A DNA stretch of 64,000 nucleotides. Origin: Botryllus schlosseri (taxonomy: Eukaryota). The first letter of the stretch is position 1; every line of letters starts with the position of its first letter. Under the pieces are notes generated by a model that saw only the letters and a list, made by a program, of their open reading frames with translations, did no database searches and had not been told where the DNA came from. Made by a program: the position numbers and the translations under genes. This document shows positions 47,360 through 61,009 of the stretch, one piece after another. The stretch covers positions 19,036,001 through 19,100,000 of the forward strand of contig CM119371.1 in assembly GCA_051294905.1 (NCBI GenBank). Reading direction: 5' to 3'.

Positions 47360-47792
47360 GACAGTGGATACAATCTGTGCCGTTTTACGTGACATTTTTC
47401 GTTCATCTCAGGCGAAAAGTCGCCACGCTGCCAACGATGAGACGCCTGAAAAGCAGATTGTCTGATTGCGCCAAGGCACTTTCGGCCCAATAACTGGAAA
47501 GAAAAGTCTGCTAGCGGTCGAATATCATTGGCGTCCTGCTCTGTTCTTGTATCTGGTCAACAAACACACAAGTAAGCTCTCGCTGTCAGAGTAGTTATTT
47601 TATTGCACTTTTCGTCATGTGAAAACAGCACGAGATTTCGATATAATGACAATGTGTTAGGCCTAGTATAACTACAAATTGAAATAAGCGGCGGCCAGCA
47701 AATGATGACATTTATAGTTGTACGTAGGCCTACGTGCGCATACAAAACAGTTGCAATCTAATTGATCGAGTTTGTGCGACAAAAATGCAAAA

Positions 47793-47913
47793 GCCGTCTA
47801 CTACACACGGTATTCCCAGCCGGTCACCCATGCAAGTACTAACCGGGCCCAACGTTTCTTGACTTCCGAGATCGGACGAGATCGGGTATATTCAACGTGG
47901 TATGGTCGTAGGC
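47793..47913 (-). rRNA. RNA5S: 5S rRNA type C
   Basis: Array copy. Confidence 0.85.
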
Positions 47914-48258
47914 AAGTGTGGTTACCAATTCTGACGTTTTATGTGACAATTTCCGTCGACAGCCGCCAGAAAAGCAGATTGTCTGATTGCGCTGGGGCAT
48001 TTTCAACCCGTCTGCCAGCGTTCGAATATCGTTGGCATCCTGCTCTGTTCTTGTATCTTGTGGACAAACACACAATTAAGCTCTCGCTGTCAGAGTAGTT
48101 ATTTTATTGTACTTTCTGTCATGTCAAAACAGTACGAGAGTTTGATATAATGAAAATGTGTTAGGCCGATTACAATTCCAAATTTCGCGCGATAGTTCAT
48201 TTGAAAATAAAGCACAGCAATCGAATTGATCGAGTTTGTGCGGAAAAAAAATGCAAAA

Positions 48259-48377
48259 GCCTACATGCACCCGGTATTCCCAGCCGGTCACCCATGCAAG
48301 TACTAACTGAGCCCAACGCCTCTTAACTTCCGAGATCAGACGAGATCGGGTGTATTCAACGTGGTATGGTCGTAGGC
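48259..48377 (-). rRNA. RNA5S: 5S rRNA type A
   Basis: Array copy. Confidence 0.9.
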
Positions 48378-48805
48378 GACAGTGGATACAATCTGTGCCG
48401 TTTTACGTGACATTTTTCGTTCATCTCAGGCGAAAAGTCGCCACGCTGCCAACGATGAGACGCCTGAAAAGCAGATTGTCTGATTGCGCCAAGGCACTTT
48501 CGGCCCAATAACTGGAAAGAAAAGTCTGCTAGCGGTCGAATATCATTGGCGTCCTGCTTTGTTCTTGTATCTGGTCAGCAAACACACAAGTAAGCTCTCG
48601 CTGTCAGAGTAGTTATTTTATTGCACTTTTCGTCATGTGAAAACAGCACGAGATTTCGATATAATGACAATGTGTTAGGCCTAGTATAACTACAAATTGA
48701 AATAAGCGGCGGCCAGCAAATGATGACATTCATAGTTGTACGTAGGCCTACGTGCGCATACAAAACAGTTGCAAGCAAATTGATCGTGTTTGCGCGACAA
48801 AAATA

Positions 48806-48923
48806 GCCTTCTACACCCGGTATTCCCAGCCGGTCACCCATGCAAGTACTAACCGGGCCCAACGTTGCTTGACTTCCGAGATCGGACGAGATCGGGTATA
48901 TTCAACGTGGTATGGTCGTAGGC
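48806..48923 (-). rRNA. RNA5S: 5S rRNA type B
   Basis: Array copy. Confidence 0.9.
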
Positions 48924-49281
48924 AAGTGTGGTAACCAATTCTGACGTTTTATGTTGACAATTTCCGTCGCCATGCTGTCGACGAGACGCCAGAAAAGCAG
49001 ATTGTCTGATTGCGCTGGGGCATTTTCAACCCGTCTGCCAGCGTTCGAATATCGTTGGCATCCTGCTCTGTTCTTGTATCTTGTGGACAAACACACAATT
49101 AAGCTCTCGCTGTCAGAGTAGTTATTTTATTGTACTTTCTGTCATGTCAAAACAGTACGAGAGTTTGATATAATGAAAATGTGTTAGGCCGATTACAATT
49201 CCAAATTTCGCGCGATAGTTCATTTGAAAATAAAGCACAGCAATCGAATTGATCGAGTTTGTGCGGAAAAAAAATGCAAAA

Positions 49282-49392
49282 GCCTACATGCACCCGGTAT
49301 TCCCAGCCGTGCAAGTACTAACTGAGCCCAACGCCGCTTAACTTCCGAGATCAGACGAGATCGGGTGTATTCAACGTGGTATGGTCGTAGGC
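49282..49392 (-). pseudogene. RNA5S: 5S type A with 8-bp box C deletion
   Basis: Same deletion. Confidence 0.85.
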
Positions 49393-49825
49393 GACAGTGG
49401 ATACAATCTGTGCCGTTTTACGTGACATTTTTCGTTCATCTCAGGCGAAAAGTCGCCACGCTGCCAACGATGAGATGCCTGAAAAGCAGATTGTCTGATT
49501 GCGCCAAGGCACTTTCGGCCCAATAACTGGAAAGAAAAGTCTGCTAGCAATCGAATATCATTGGCGTCCTGCTCTGTTCTTGTATCTGGTCAACAAACAC
49601 ACAAGTAAGCTCTCGCTGTCAGAGTAGTTATTTTATTGCACTTTTCGTCATGTGAAAACAGCACGAGATTTCGATATAATGACAATGTGTTAGGCCTAGT
49701 ATAACTACAAATTGAAATAAGCGGCGGCCAGCAAATGATGACATTTATAGTTGTACGTAGGCCTACGTGCGCATACAAAACAGTTGCAATCTAATTGATC
49801 GAGTTTGTGCGACAAAAATGCAAAA

Positions 49826-49946
49826 GCCGTCTACTACACACGGTATTTCCAGCCGGTCACCCATGCAAGTACTAACCGGGCCCAACGTTTCTTGACTTCC
49901 GAGATCGGACGAGATCGGGTATATTCAACGTGGTATGGTCGTAGGC
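49826..49946 (-). rRNA. RNA5S: 5S rRNA type C
   Basis: Array copy. Confidence 0.85.
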
Positions 49947-50291
49947 AAGTGTGGTTACCAATTCTGACGTTTTATGTGACAATTTCCGTCGGCAGCTGCC
50001 AGAAAAGCAGATTGTCTGATTGCGCTGGGGCATTTTCAACCCGTCTGCCAGCGTTCGAATATCGTTGGCATCCTGCTCTGTTCTTGTATCTTGTGGACAA
50101 ACACACAATTAAGCTCTCGCTGTCAGAGTAGTTATTTTATTGTACTTTCTGTCATGTCAAAACAGTACGAGAGTTTGATATTATGAAAATGTGTTAGGCC
50201 GATTACAATTCCAAATTTCGCGCGATAGTTCATTTGAAAATAAAGCACAGCAATCGAATTGATCGAGTTTGTGCGGAAAAAAAATGCAAAA

Positions 50292-50410
50292 GCCTACATG
50301 CACCCGGTATTCCCAGCCGGTCACCCATGCAAGTACTAACTGAGCCCAACGCCGCTTAACTTCCGAGATCAGACGAGATCGGGTGTATTCAACGTGGTAT
50401 GGTCGTAGGC
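50292..50410 (-). rRNA. RNA5S: 5S rRNA type A
   Basis: Array copy. Confidence 0.9.
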
Positions 50411-50838
50411 GACAGTGGATACAATCTGTGCCGTTTTACGTGACATTTTTCGTTCATCTCAGGCGAAAAGTCGCCACGCTGCCAACGATGAGACGCCTGA
50501 AAAGCAGATTGTCTGATTGCGCCAAGGCACTTTCGGCCCAATAACTGGAAAGAAAAGTCTGCTAGCGGTCGAATATCATTGGCGTCCTGCTCTGTTCTTG
50601 TATCTGGTCAACAAACACACAAGTAAGCTCTCGCTGTCAGAGTAGTTATTTTATTGCACTTTTCGTCATGTGAAAACAGCACGAGATTTCGATATAATGA
50701 CAATGTGTTAGGCCTAGTATAACTACAAATTGAAATAAGCGGCGGCCAGCAAATGATGACATTCATAGTTGTACGTAGGCCTACGTGCGCATACAAAACA
50801 GTTGCAAGCAAATTGATCGTGTTTGCGCGACAAAAATA

Positions 50839-50956
50839 GCCTTCTACACCCGGTATTCCCAGCCGGTCACCCATGCAAGTACTAACCGGGCCCAACGTTG
50901 CTTGACTTCCGAGATCGGACGAGATCGGGTATATTCAACGTGGTATGGTCGTAGGC
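50839..50956 (-). rRNA. RNA5S: 5S rRNA type B
   Basis: Array copy. Confidence 0.9.
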
Positions 50957-51314
50957 AAGTGTGGTTACCAATTCTGACGTTTTATGTTGACAATTTCCGT
51001 CGCCATGCTGTCGACGAGACGCCAGAAAAGCAGATTGTCTGATTGCGCTGGGGCATTTTCAACCCGTCTCCCAGCGTTCGAATATCGTTGGCATCCTGCT
51101 CTGTTCTTGTATCTTGTGGACAAACACACAATTAAGCTCTCGCTGTCAGAGTAGTTATTTTATTGTACTTTCTGTCATGTCAAAACAGTACGAGAGTTTG
51201 ATATAATGAAAATGTGTTAGGCCGATTACAATTCCAAATTTCGCGCGATAGTTCATTTGAAAATAAAGCACAGCAATCGAATTGATCGAGTTTGTGCGGA
51301 AAAAAAATGCAAAA

Positions 51315-51425
51315 GCCTACATGCACCCGGTATTCCCAGCCGTGCAAGTACTAACTGAGCCCAACGCCGCTTAACTTCCGAGATCAGACGAGATCGGGTG
51401 TATTCAACGTGGTATGGTCGTAGGC
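51315..51425 (-). pseudogene. RNA5S: 5S type A with 8-bp box C deletion
   Basis: Same deletion. Confidence 0.85.
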
Positions 51426-51853
51426 GACAGTGGATACAATCTGTGCCGTTTTACGTGACATTTTTCGTTCATCTCAGGCGAAAAGTCGCCACGCTGCCAA
51501 CGATGAGACGCCTGAAAAGCAGATTGTCTGATTGCGCCAAGGCACTTTCGGCCCAATAACTGGAAAGAAAAGTCTGCTAGCGGTCGAATATCATTGGCGT
51601 CCTGCTCTGTTCTTGTATCTGGTCAACAAACACACAAGTAAGCTCTCGCTGTCAGAGTAGTTATTTTATTGCACTTTTCGTCATGTGAAAACAGCACGAG
51701 ATTTCGATATAATGACAATGTGTTAGGCCTAGTATAACTACAAATTGAGATAAGCGGCGGCCAGCAAATGATGACATTCATAGTTGTACGTAGGCCTACG
51801 TGCGCATACAAAACAGTTGCAAGCAAATTGATCGTGTTTGCGCGACAAAAATA

Positions 51854-51971
51854 GCCTTCTACACCCGGTATTCCCAGCCGGTCACCCATGCAAGTACTAA
51901 CCGGGCCCAACGTTGCTTGACTTCCGAGATCGGACGAGATCGGGTATATTCAACGTGGTATGGTCGTGGGC
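51854..51971 (-). rRNA. RNA5S: 5S rRNA type B
   Basis: Array copy. Confidence 0.9.
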
Positions 51972-52329
51972 AAGTGTGGTTACCAATTCTGACGTTTTAT
52001 GTTGACAATTTCCGTCGCCATGCTGTCGACGAGACGCCAGAAAAGCAGATTGTCTGATTGCGCTGGGGCATTTTCAACCCGTCTGCCAGCGTTCGAATAT
52101 CGTTGGCATCCTGCTCTGTTCTTGTATCTTGTGGACAAACACACAATTAAGCTCTCGCTGTCAGAGTAGTTATTTTATTGTACTTTCTGTCATGTCAAAA
52201 CAGTACGAGAGTTTGATATAATGAAAATGTGTTAGGCCGATTACAATTCCAAATTTCGCGCGATAGTTCATTTGAAAATAAAGCACAGCAATCGAATTGA
52301 TCGAGTTTGTGCGGAAAACAAATTCAAAA

Positions 52330-52448
52330 GCCTACATGCACCCGGTATTCCCAGCCGGTCACCCATGCAAGTACTAACTGAGCCCAACGCCTCTTAACTT
52401 CCGAGATCAGACGAGATCGGGTGTATTCAACGTGGTATGGTCGTAGGC
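52330..52448 (-). rRNA. RNA5S: 5S rRNA type A
   Basis: Array copy. Confidence 0.9.
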
Positions 52449-52876
52449 GACAGTGGATACAATCTGTGCCGTTTTACGTGACATTTTTCGTTCATCTCAG
52501 GCGAAAAGTCGCCACGCTGCCAACGATGAGACGCCTGAAAAGCAGATTGTCTGATTGCGCCAAGGCACTTTCGGCCCAATAACTGGAAAGAAAAGTCTGC
52601 TAGCGGTCGAATATCATTGGCGTCCTGCTCTGTTTTTGTATCTGGTCAGCAAACACACAAGTAAGCTCTCGCTGTCAGAGTAGTTATTTTATTGCACTTT
52701 TCGTCATGTGAAAACAGCACGAGATTTCGATATAATGACAATGTGTTAGGCCTAGTATAACTACAAATTGAAATAAGCGGCGGCCAGCAAATGATGACAT
52801 TCATAGTTGTACGTAGGCCTACGTGCGCATACAAAACAGTTGCAAGCAAATTGATCGTGTTTGCGCGACAAAAATA

Positions 52877-52994
52877 GCCTTCTACACCCGGTATTCCCAG
52901 CCGGTCACCCATGCAAGTACTAACCGGGCCCAACGTTGCTTGACTTCCGAGATCGGACGAGATCGGGTATATTCAACGTGGTATGGTCGTAGGC
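52877..52994 (-). rRNA. RNA5S: 5S rRNA type B
   Basis: Array copy. Confidence 0.9.
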
Positions 52995-53352
52995 AAGTGT
53001 GGTAACCAATTCTGACGTTTTATGTTGACAATTTCCGTCGCCATGCTGTCGACGAGACGCCAGAAAAGCAGATTGTCTGATTGCGCTGGGGCATTTTCAA
53101 CCCGTCTGCCAGCGTTCGAATATCGTTGGCATCCTGCTCTGTTCTTGTATCTTGTGGACAAACACACAATTAAGCTCTCGCTGTCAGAGTAGTTATTTTA
53201 TTGTACTTTCTGTCATGTCAAAACAGTACGAGAGTTTGATATAATGAAAATGTGTTAGGCCGATTACAATTCCAAATTTCGCGCGATAGTTCATTTGAAA
53301 ATAAAGCACAGCAATCGAATTGATCGAGTTTGTGCGGAAAAAAAATGCAAAA

Positions 53353-53471
53353 GCCTACATGCACCCGGTATTCCCAGCCGGTCACCCATGCAAGTACTAA
53401 CTGAGCCCAACGCCTCTTAACTTCCGAGATCAGACGAGATCGGGTGTATTCAACGTGGTATGGTCGTAGGC
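53353..53471 (-). rRNA. RNA5S: 5S rRNA type A
   Basis: Array copy. Confidence 0.9.
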
Positions 53472-53899
53472 GACAGTGGATACAATCTGTGCCGTTTTAC
53501 GTGACATTTTTCGTTCATCTCAGGCGAAAAGTCGCCACGCTGCCAACGATGAGACGACTGAAAAGCAGATTGTCTGATTGCGCCAAGGCACTTTCGGCCC
53601 AATAACTGGAAAGAAAAGTCTGCTAGCGGTCGAATATCATTGGCGTCCTGCTCTGTTCTTGTATCTGGTCAGCAAACACACAAGTAAGCTCTCGCTGTCA
53701 GAGTAGTTATTTTATTGCACTTTTCGTCATGTGAAAACAGCACGAGATTTCGATATAATGACAATGTGTTAGGCCTAGTATAACTACAAATTGAAATAAG
53801 CGGCGGCCAGCAAATGATGACATTCATAGTTGTACGTAGGCCTACGTGCGCATACAAAACAGTTGCAAGCAAATTGATCGTGTTTGCGCGACAAAAATA

Positions 53900-54017
53900 G
53901 CCTTCTACACCCGGTATTCCCAGCCGGTCACCCATGCAAGTACTAACCGGGCCCAACGTTGCTTGACTTCCGAGATCGGACGAGATCGGGTATATTCAAC
54001 GTGGTATGGTCGTAGGC
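53900..54017 (-). rRNA. RNA5S: 5S rRNA type B
   Basis: Array copy. Confidence 0.9.
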
Positions 54018-54375
54018 AAGTGTGGTAACCAATTCTGACGTTTTATGTTGACAATTTCCGTCGCCATGCTGTCGACGAGACGCCAGAAAAGCAGATTGTC
54101 TGATTGCGCTGGGGCATTTTCAACCCGTCTGCCAGCGTTCGAATATCGTTGGCATCCTGCTCTGTTCTTGTATCTTGTGGACAAACACACAATTAAGCTC
54201 TCGCTGTCAGAGTAGTTATTTTATTGTACTTACTGTCATGTCAAAACAGTACGAGAGTTTGATATAATGAAAATGTGTTAGGCCGATTACAATTCCAAAT
54301 TTCGCGCGATAGTTCATTTGAAAATAAAGCACAGCAATCGAATTGATCGAGTTTGTGCGGAAAAAAAATGCAAAA

Positions 54376-54486
54376 GCCTACATGCACCCGGTATTCCCAG
54401 CCGTGCAAGTACTAACTGAGCCCAACGCCGCTTAACTTCCGAGATCAGACGAGATCGGGTGTATTCAACGTGGTATGGTCGTAGGC
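54376..54486 (-). pseudogene. RNA5S: 5S type A with 8-bp box C deletion
   Basis: Same deletion. Confidence 0.85.
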
Positions 54487-54919
54487 GACAGTGGATACAA
54501 TCTGTGCCGTTTTACGTGACATTTTTCGTTCATCTCAGGCGAAAAGTCGCCACGCTGCCAACGATGAGACGCCTGAAAAGCAGATTGTCTGATTGCGCCA
54601 AGGCACTTTCGGCCCAATAACTGGAAAGAAAAGTCTGCTAGCGGTCGAATATCATTGGCGTCCTGCTCTGTTCTTGTATCTGGTCAACAAACACACAAGT
54701 AAGCTCTCGCTGTCAGAGTAGTTATTTTATTGCACTTTTCGTCATGTGAAAACAGCACGAGATTTCGATATAATGACAATGTGTTAGGCCTAGTATAACT
54801 ACAAATTGAAATAAGCGGCGGCCAGCAAATGATGACATTTATAGTTGTACGTAGGCCTACGTGCGCATACAAAACAGTTGCAATCTAATTGATCGAGTTT
54901 GTGCGACAAAAATGCAAAA

Positions 54920-55040
54920 GCCGTCTACTACACACGGTATTTCCAGCCGGTCACCCATGCAAGTACTAACCGGGCCCAACGTTTCTTGACTTCCGAGATC
55001 GGACGAGATCGGGTATATTCAACGTGGTATGGTCGTAGGC
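54920..55040 (-). rRNA. RNA5S: 5S rRNA type C
   Basis: Array copy. Confidence 0.85.
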
Positions 55041-55385
55041 AAGTGTGGTTACCAATTCTGACGTTTTATGTGACAATTTCCGTCGACAGCTGCCGGAAAA
55101 GCAGATTGTCTGATTGCGCTGGGGCATTTTCAACCCGTCTGCCAGCGTTCGAATATCGTTGGCATCCTGCTCTGTTCTTGTATCTTGTGGACAAACACAC
55201 AATTAAGCTCTCGCTGTCAGAGTAGTTATTTTATTGTACTTTCTGTCATGTCAAAACAGTACGAGAGTTTGATATTATGAAAATGTGTTGGGCCGATTAC
55301 AATTCCAAATTTCGCGCGATAGTTCATTTGAAAATAAAGCACAGCAATCGAATTGATCGAGTTTGTGCGGAAAAAAAATGCAAAA

Positions 55386-55504
55386 GCCTACATGCACCCG
55401 GTATTCCCAGCCGGTCACCCATGCAAGTACTAACTGAGCCCAACGCCGCTTAACTTCCGAGATCAGACGAGATCGGGTGTATTCAACGTGGTATGGTCGT
55501 AGGC
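55386..55504 (-). rRNA. RNA5S: 5S rRNA type A
   Basis: Array copy. Confidence 0.9.
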
Positions 55505-55932
55505 GACAGTGGATACAATCTGTGCCGTTTTACGTGACATTTTTCGTTCATCTCAGGCGAAAAGTCGCCACGCTGCCAACGATGAGACGCCTGAAAAGCA
55601 GATTGTCTGATTGCGCCAAGGCACTTTCGGCCCAATAACTGGAAAGAAAAGTCTGCTAGCGGTCGAATATCATTGGCGTCCTGCTCTGTTCTTGTATCTG
55701 GTCAACAAACACACAAGTAAGCTCTCGCTGTCAGAGTAGTTATTTTATTGCACTTTTCGTCATGTGAAAACAGCACGAGATTTCGATATAATGACAATGT
55801 GTTAGGCCTAGTATAACTACAAATTGAAATAAGCGGCGGCCAGCAAATGATGACATTCATAGTTGTACGTAGGCCTACGTGCGCATACAAAACAGTTGCA
55901 AGCAAATTGATCGTGTTTGCGCGACAAAAATA

Positions 55933-56050
55933 GCCTTCTACACCCGGTATTCCCAGCCGGTCACCCATGCAAGTACTAACCGGGCCCAACGTTGCTTGAC
56001 TTCCGAGATCGGACGAGATCGGGTATATTCAACGTGGTATGGTCGTAGGC
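55933..56050 (-). rRNA. RNA5S: 5S rRNA type B
   Basis: Array copy. Confidence 0.9.
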
Positions 56051-56409
56051 AAGTGTGGTTACCAATTCTGACGTTTTATGTTGACAATTTCCGTCGCCAT
56101 GCTGTCGACGAGACGCCAGAAAAGCAGATTGTCTGATTGCGCTGGGGCATTTTCAACCCGTCTCCCAGCGTTCGAATATCGTTGGCATCCTGCTCTGTTC
56201 TTGTATCTTGTGGACAAACACACAATTAAGCTCTCGCTGTCAGAGTAGTTATTTTATTGTACTTTCTGTCATGTCAAAACAGTACGAGAGTTTGATATAA
56301 TGAAAATGTGTTAGGCCGATTACAATTCCAAATTTCGCGCGATAGTTCATTTGAAAATAAAGCACAGCAATCGAATTGATCGAGTTTGTGCGGAAAAAAA
56401 AATGCAAAA

Positions 56410-56520
56410 GCCTACATGCACCCGGTATTCCCAGCCGTGCAAGTACTAACTGAGCCCAACGCCGCTTAACTTCCGAGATCAGACGAGATCGGGTGTATTC
56501 AACGTGGTATGGTCGTAGGC
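56410..56520 (-). pseudogene. RNA5S: 5S type A with 8-bp box C deletion
   Basis: Same deletion. Confidence 0.85.
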
Positions 56521-56953
56521 GACAGTGGATACAATCTGTGCCGTTTTACGTGACATTTTTCGTTCATCTCAGGCGAAAAGTCGCCACGCTGCCAACGATG
56601 AGACGCCTGAAAAGCAGATTGTCTGATTGCGCCAAGGCACTTTCGGCCCAATAACTGGAAAGAAAAGTCTGCTAGCGGTCGAATATCATTGGCGTCCTGC
56701 TCTGTTCTTGTATCTGGTCAACAAACACACAAGTAAGCTCTCGCTGTCAGAGTAGTTATTTTATTGCACTTTTCGTCATGTGAAAACAGCACGAGATTTC
56801 GATATAATGACAATGTGTTAGGCCTAGTATAACTACAAATTGAAATAAGCGGCGGCCAGCAAATGATGACATTTATAGTTGTACGTAGGCCTACGTGCGC
56901 ATACAAAACAGTTGCAATCTAATTGATCGAGTTTGTGCGACAAAAATGCAAAA

Positions 56954-57074
56954 GCCGTCTACTACACACGGTATTTCCAGCCGGTCACCCATGCAAGTAC
57001 TAACCGGGCCCAACGTTTCTTGACTTCCGAGATCGGACGAGATCGGGTATATTCAACGTGGTATGGTCGTAGGC
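56954..57074 (-). rRNA. RNA5S: 5S rRNA type C
   Basis: Array copy. Confidence 0.85.
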
Positions 57075-57419
57075 AAGTGTGGTTACCAATTCTGACGTTT
57101 TATGTGACAATTTCCCTCGACAGCTGCCAGAAAAGCAGATTGTCTGATTGCGCTGGGGCATTTTCAACCCGTCTGCCAGCGTTCGAATATCGTTGGCATC
57201 CTGCTCTGTTCTTGTATCTTGTGGACAAACACACAATTAAGCTCTCGCTGTCAGAGTAGTTATTTTATTGTACTTTCTGTCATGTCAAAACAGTACGAGA
57301 GTTTGATATAATGAAAATGTGTTAGGCCGATTACAATTCCAAATTTCGCGCGATAGTTCATTTGAAAATAAAGCACAGCAATCGAATTGATCGAGTTTGT
57401 GCGGAAAAAAAATGCAAAA

Positions 57420-57538
57420 GCCTACATGCACCCGGTATTCCCAGCCGGTCACCCATGCAAGTACTAACTGAGCCCAACGCCGCTTAACTTCCGAGATCAG
57501 ACGAGATCGGGTGTATTCAACGTGGTATGGTCGTAGGC
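57420..57538 (-). rRNA. RNA5S: 5S rRNA type A
   Basis: Array copy. Confidence 0.9.
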
Positions 57539-57966
57539 GACAGTGGATACAATCTGTGCCGTTTTACGTGACATTTTTCGTTCATCTCAGGCGAAAAGTC
57601 GCCACGCTGCCAACGATGAGACGCCTGAAAAGCAGATTGTCTGATTGCGCCAAGGCACTTTCGGCCCAATAACTGGAAAGAAAAGTCTGCTAGCGGTCGA
57701 ATATCATTGGCGTCCTGCTCTGTTCTTGTATCTGGTCAACAAACACACAAGTAAGCTCTCGCTGTCAGAGTAGTTATTTTATTGCACTTTTCGTCATGTG
57801 AAAACAGCACGAGATTTCGATATAATGACAATGTGTTAGGCCTAGTATAACTACAAATTGAAATAAGCGGCGGCCAGCAAATGATGACATTCATAGTTGT
57901 ACGTAGGCCTACGTGCGCATACAAAACAGTTGCAAGCAAATTGATCGTGTTTGCGCGACAAAAATA

Positions 57967-58084
57967 GCCTTCTACACCCGGTATTCCCAGCCGGTCACCC
58001 ATGCAAGTACTAACCGGGCCCAACGTTGCTTGACTTCCGAGATCGGACGAGATCGGGTATATTCAACGTGGTATGGTCGTAGGC
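57967..58084 (-). rRNA. RNA5S: 5S rRNA type B
   Basis: Array copy. Confidence 0.9.
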
Positions 58085-58442
58085 AAGTGTGGTTACCAAT
58101 TCTGACGTTTTATGTTGACAATTTCCGTCGCCATGCTGTCGACGAGACGCCAGAAAAGCAGATTGTCTGATTGCGCTGGGGCATTTTCAACCCGTCTGCC
58201 AGCGTTCGAATATCGTTGGCATCCTGCTCTGTTCTTGTATCTTGTGGACAAACACACAATTAAGCTCTCGCTGTCAGAGTAGTTATTTTATTGTACTTTC
58301 TGTCATGTCAAAACAGTACGAGAGTTTGATATAATGAAAATGTGTTAGGCCGATTACAATTCCAAATTTCGCGCGATAGTTCATTTGAAAATAAAGCACA
58401 GCAATCGAATTGATCGAGTTTGTGCGAAAAAAAAATGCAAAA

Positions 58443-58553
58443 GCCTACATGCACCCGGTATTCCCAGCCGTGCAAGTACTAACTGAGCCCAACGCCGCTT
58501 AACTTCCGAGATCAGACGAGATCGGGTGTATTCAACGTGGTATGGTCGTAGGC
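58443..58553 (-). pseudogene. RNA5S: 5S type A with 8-bp box C deletion
   Basis: Same deletion. Confidence 0.85.
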
Positions 58554-58986
58554 GACAGTGGATACAATCTGTGCCGTTTTACGTGACATTTTTCGTTCAT
58601 CTCAGGCGAAAAGTCGCCACGCTGCCAACGATGAGACGCCTGAAAAGCAGATTGTCTGATTGCGCCAAGGCACTTTCGGCCCAATAACTGGAAAGAAAAG
58701 TCTGCTAGCGGTCGAATATCATTGGCGTCCTGCTCTGTTCTTGTATCTGGTCAACAAACACACAAGTAAGCTCTCGCTGTCAGAGTAGTTATTTTATTGC
58801 ACTTTTCGTCATGTGAAAACAGCACGAGATTTCGATATAATGACAATGTGTTAGGCCTAGTATAACTACAAATTGAAATAAGCGGCGGCCAGCAAATGAT
58901 GACATTCATAGTTGTACGTAGGCCTACGTGCGCATACAAAACAGTTGCAATCTAATTGATCGAGTTTGTGCGACAAAAATGCAAAA

Positions 58987-59107
58987 GCCGTCTACTACAC
59001 ACGGTATTCCCAGCCGGTCACCCATGCAAGTACTAACCGGACCCAACGTTTCTTGACTTCCGAGATCGGACGAGATCGGGTATATTCAACGTGGTATGGT
59101 CGTAGGC
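58987..59107 (-). rRNA. RNA5S: 5S rRNA type C
   Basis: Array copy. Confidence 0.85.
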
Positions 59108-59453
59108 AAGTGTGGTAACCAATTCTGACGTTTTATGTGACAATTTCCGTCGACAGCCGCCAGAAAAGCAGATTGTCTGATTGCGCTGGGACATTTTCAA
59201 CCCGTCTGCCAGCGTTCGAATATCGTTGGCATCCTGCTCTGTTCTTGTATCTTGTGGACAAACACACAATTAAGCTCTCGCTGTCAGAGTAGTTATTTTA
59301 TTGTACTTTCTGTCATGTCAAAACAGTACGAGAGTTTGATATAATGAAAATGTGTTAGGCCGATTACAATTCCAAATTTCGCGCGATAGTTCATTTGAAA
59401 ATAAAGCACAGCAATCGAATTGATCGAGTTTGTGCGGAAAAAAAAATGCAAAA

Positions 59454-59572
59454 GCCTACATGCACCCGGTATTCCCAGCCGGTCACCCATGCAAGTACTA
59501 ACTGAGCCCAACGCCGCTTAACTTCCGAGATCAGACGAGATCGGGTGTATTCAACGTGGTATGGTCGTAGGC
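59454..59572 (-). rRNA. RNA5S: 5S rRNA type A
   Basis: Array copy. Confidence 0.9.
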
Positions 59573-60000
59573 GACAGTGGATACAATCTGTGCCGTTTTA
59601 CATGACATTTTTCGTTCATCTCAGGCGAAAAGTCGCCACGCTGCCAACGATGAGACGCCTGAAAAGCATATTGTCTGATTGCGCCAAGGCACTTTCGGCC
59701 CAATAACTGGAAAGAAAAGTCTGCTAGCGGTCGAATATCATTGGCGTCCTGCTCTGTTCTTGTATCTGGTCAACAAACACACAAGTAAGCTCTCGCTGTC
59801 AGAGTAGTTATTTTATTGCACTTTTCGTCATGTGAAAATAGCACGAGATTTCGATATAATGACAATGTGTTAGGCCTAGTATAACTACAAATTGAAATAA
59901 GCGGCGGCCAGCAAATGATGACATTCATAGTTGTACGTAGGCCTACGTGCGCATACAAAACAGTTGCAAGCAAATTGATCGTGTTTGCGCGACAAAAATA

Positions 60001-60118
60001 GCCTTCTACACCCGGTATTCCCAGCCGGTCACCCATGCAAGTACTAACCGGGCCCAACGTTGCTTGACTTCCGAGATCGGACGAGATCGGGTATATTCAA
60101 CGTGGTATGGTCGTAGGC
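60001..60118 (-). rRNA. RNA5S: 5S rRNA type B
   Basis: Array copy. Confidence 0.9.
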
Positions 60119-60465
60119 AAGTGTGGTTACCAATTCTGACGTTTTATGTTGACAATTTCCGTCGACAGCACGCCAGAAAAGCAGATTGTCTGATTGCGCT
60201 GGGGCATTTTCAACCCGTCAGCCAGCGTTCGAATATCGTTGGCATCCTGCTCTGTTCTTGTATCTTGTGGACAAACACACAATTAAGCTCTCGCTGTCAG
60301 AGTAGTTATTTTATTGTACTTTCTGTCATGTCAAAACAGTACGAGAGTTTGATATAATGAAAATGTGTTAGGCCGATTACAATTCCAAATTTCGCGCGAT
60401 AGTTCATTTGAAAATAAAGCACAGCAATCGAATTGATCGAGTTTGTGCGGAAAAAAAATGCAAAA

Positions 60466-60576
60466 GCCTACATGCACCCGGTATTCCCAGCCGTGCAAGT
60501 ACTAACTGAGCCCAACGCCGCTTAACTTCCGAGATCAGACGAGATCGGGTGTATTCAACGTGGTATGGTCGTAGGC
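60466..60576 (-). pseudogene. RNA5S: 5S type A with 8-bp box C deletion
   Basis: Same deletion. Confidence 0.85.
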
Positions 60577-61009
60577 GACAGTGGATACAATCTGTGCCGT
60601 TTTACGTGACATTTTTCGTTCATCTCAGGCGAAAAGTCGCCACGCTGCCAACGATGAGACGCCTGAAAAGCAGATTGTCTGATTGCGCCAAGGCACTTTC
60701 GGCCCAATAACTGGAAAGAAAAGTCTGCTAGCGGTCGAATATCATTGGCGTCCTGCTCTGTTCTTGTATCTGGTCAACAAACACACAAGTAAGCTCTCGC
60801 TGTCAGAGTAGTTATTTTATTGCACTTTTCGTCATGTGAAAACAGCACGAGATTTCGATATAATGACAATGTGTTAGGCCTAGTATAACTACAAATTGAA
60901 ATAAGCGGCGGCCAGCAAATGATGACATTTATAGTTGTACGTAGGCCTACGTGCGCATACAAAACAGTTGCAATCTAATTGATCGAGTTTGTGCGACAAA
61001 AATGCAAAA

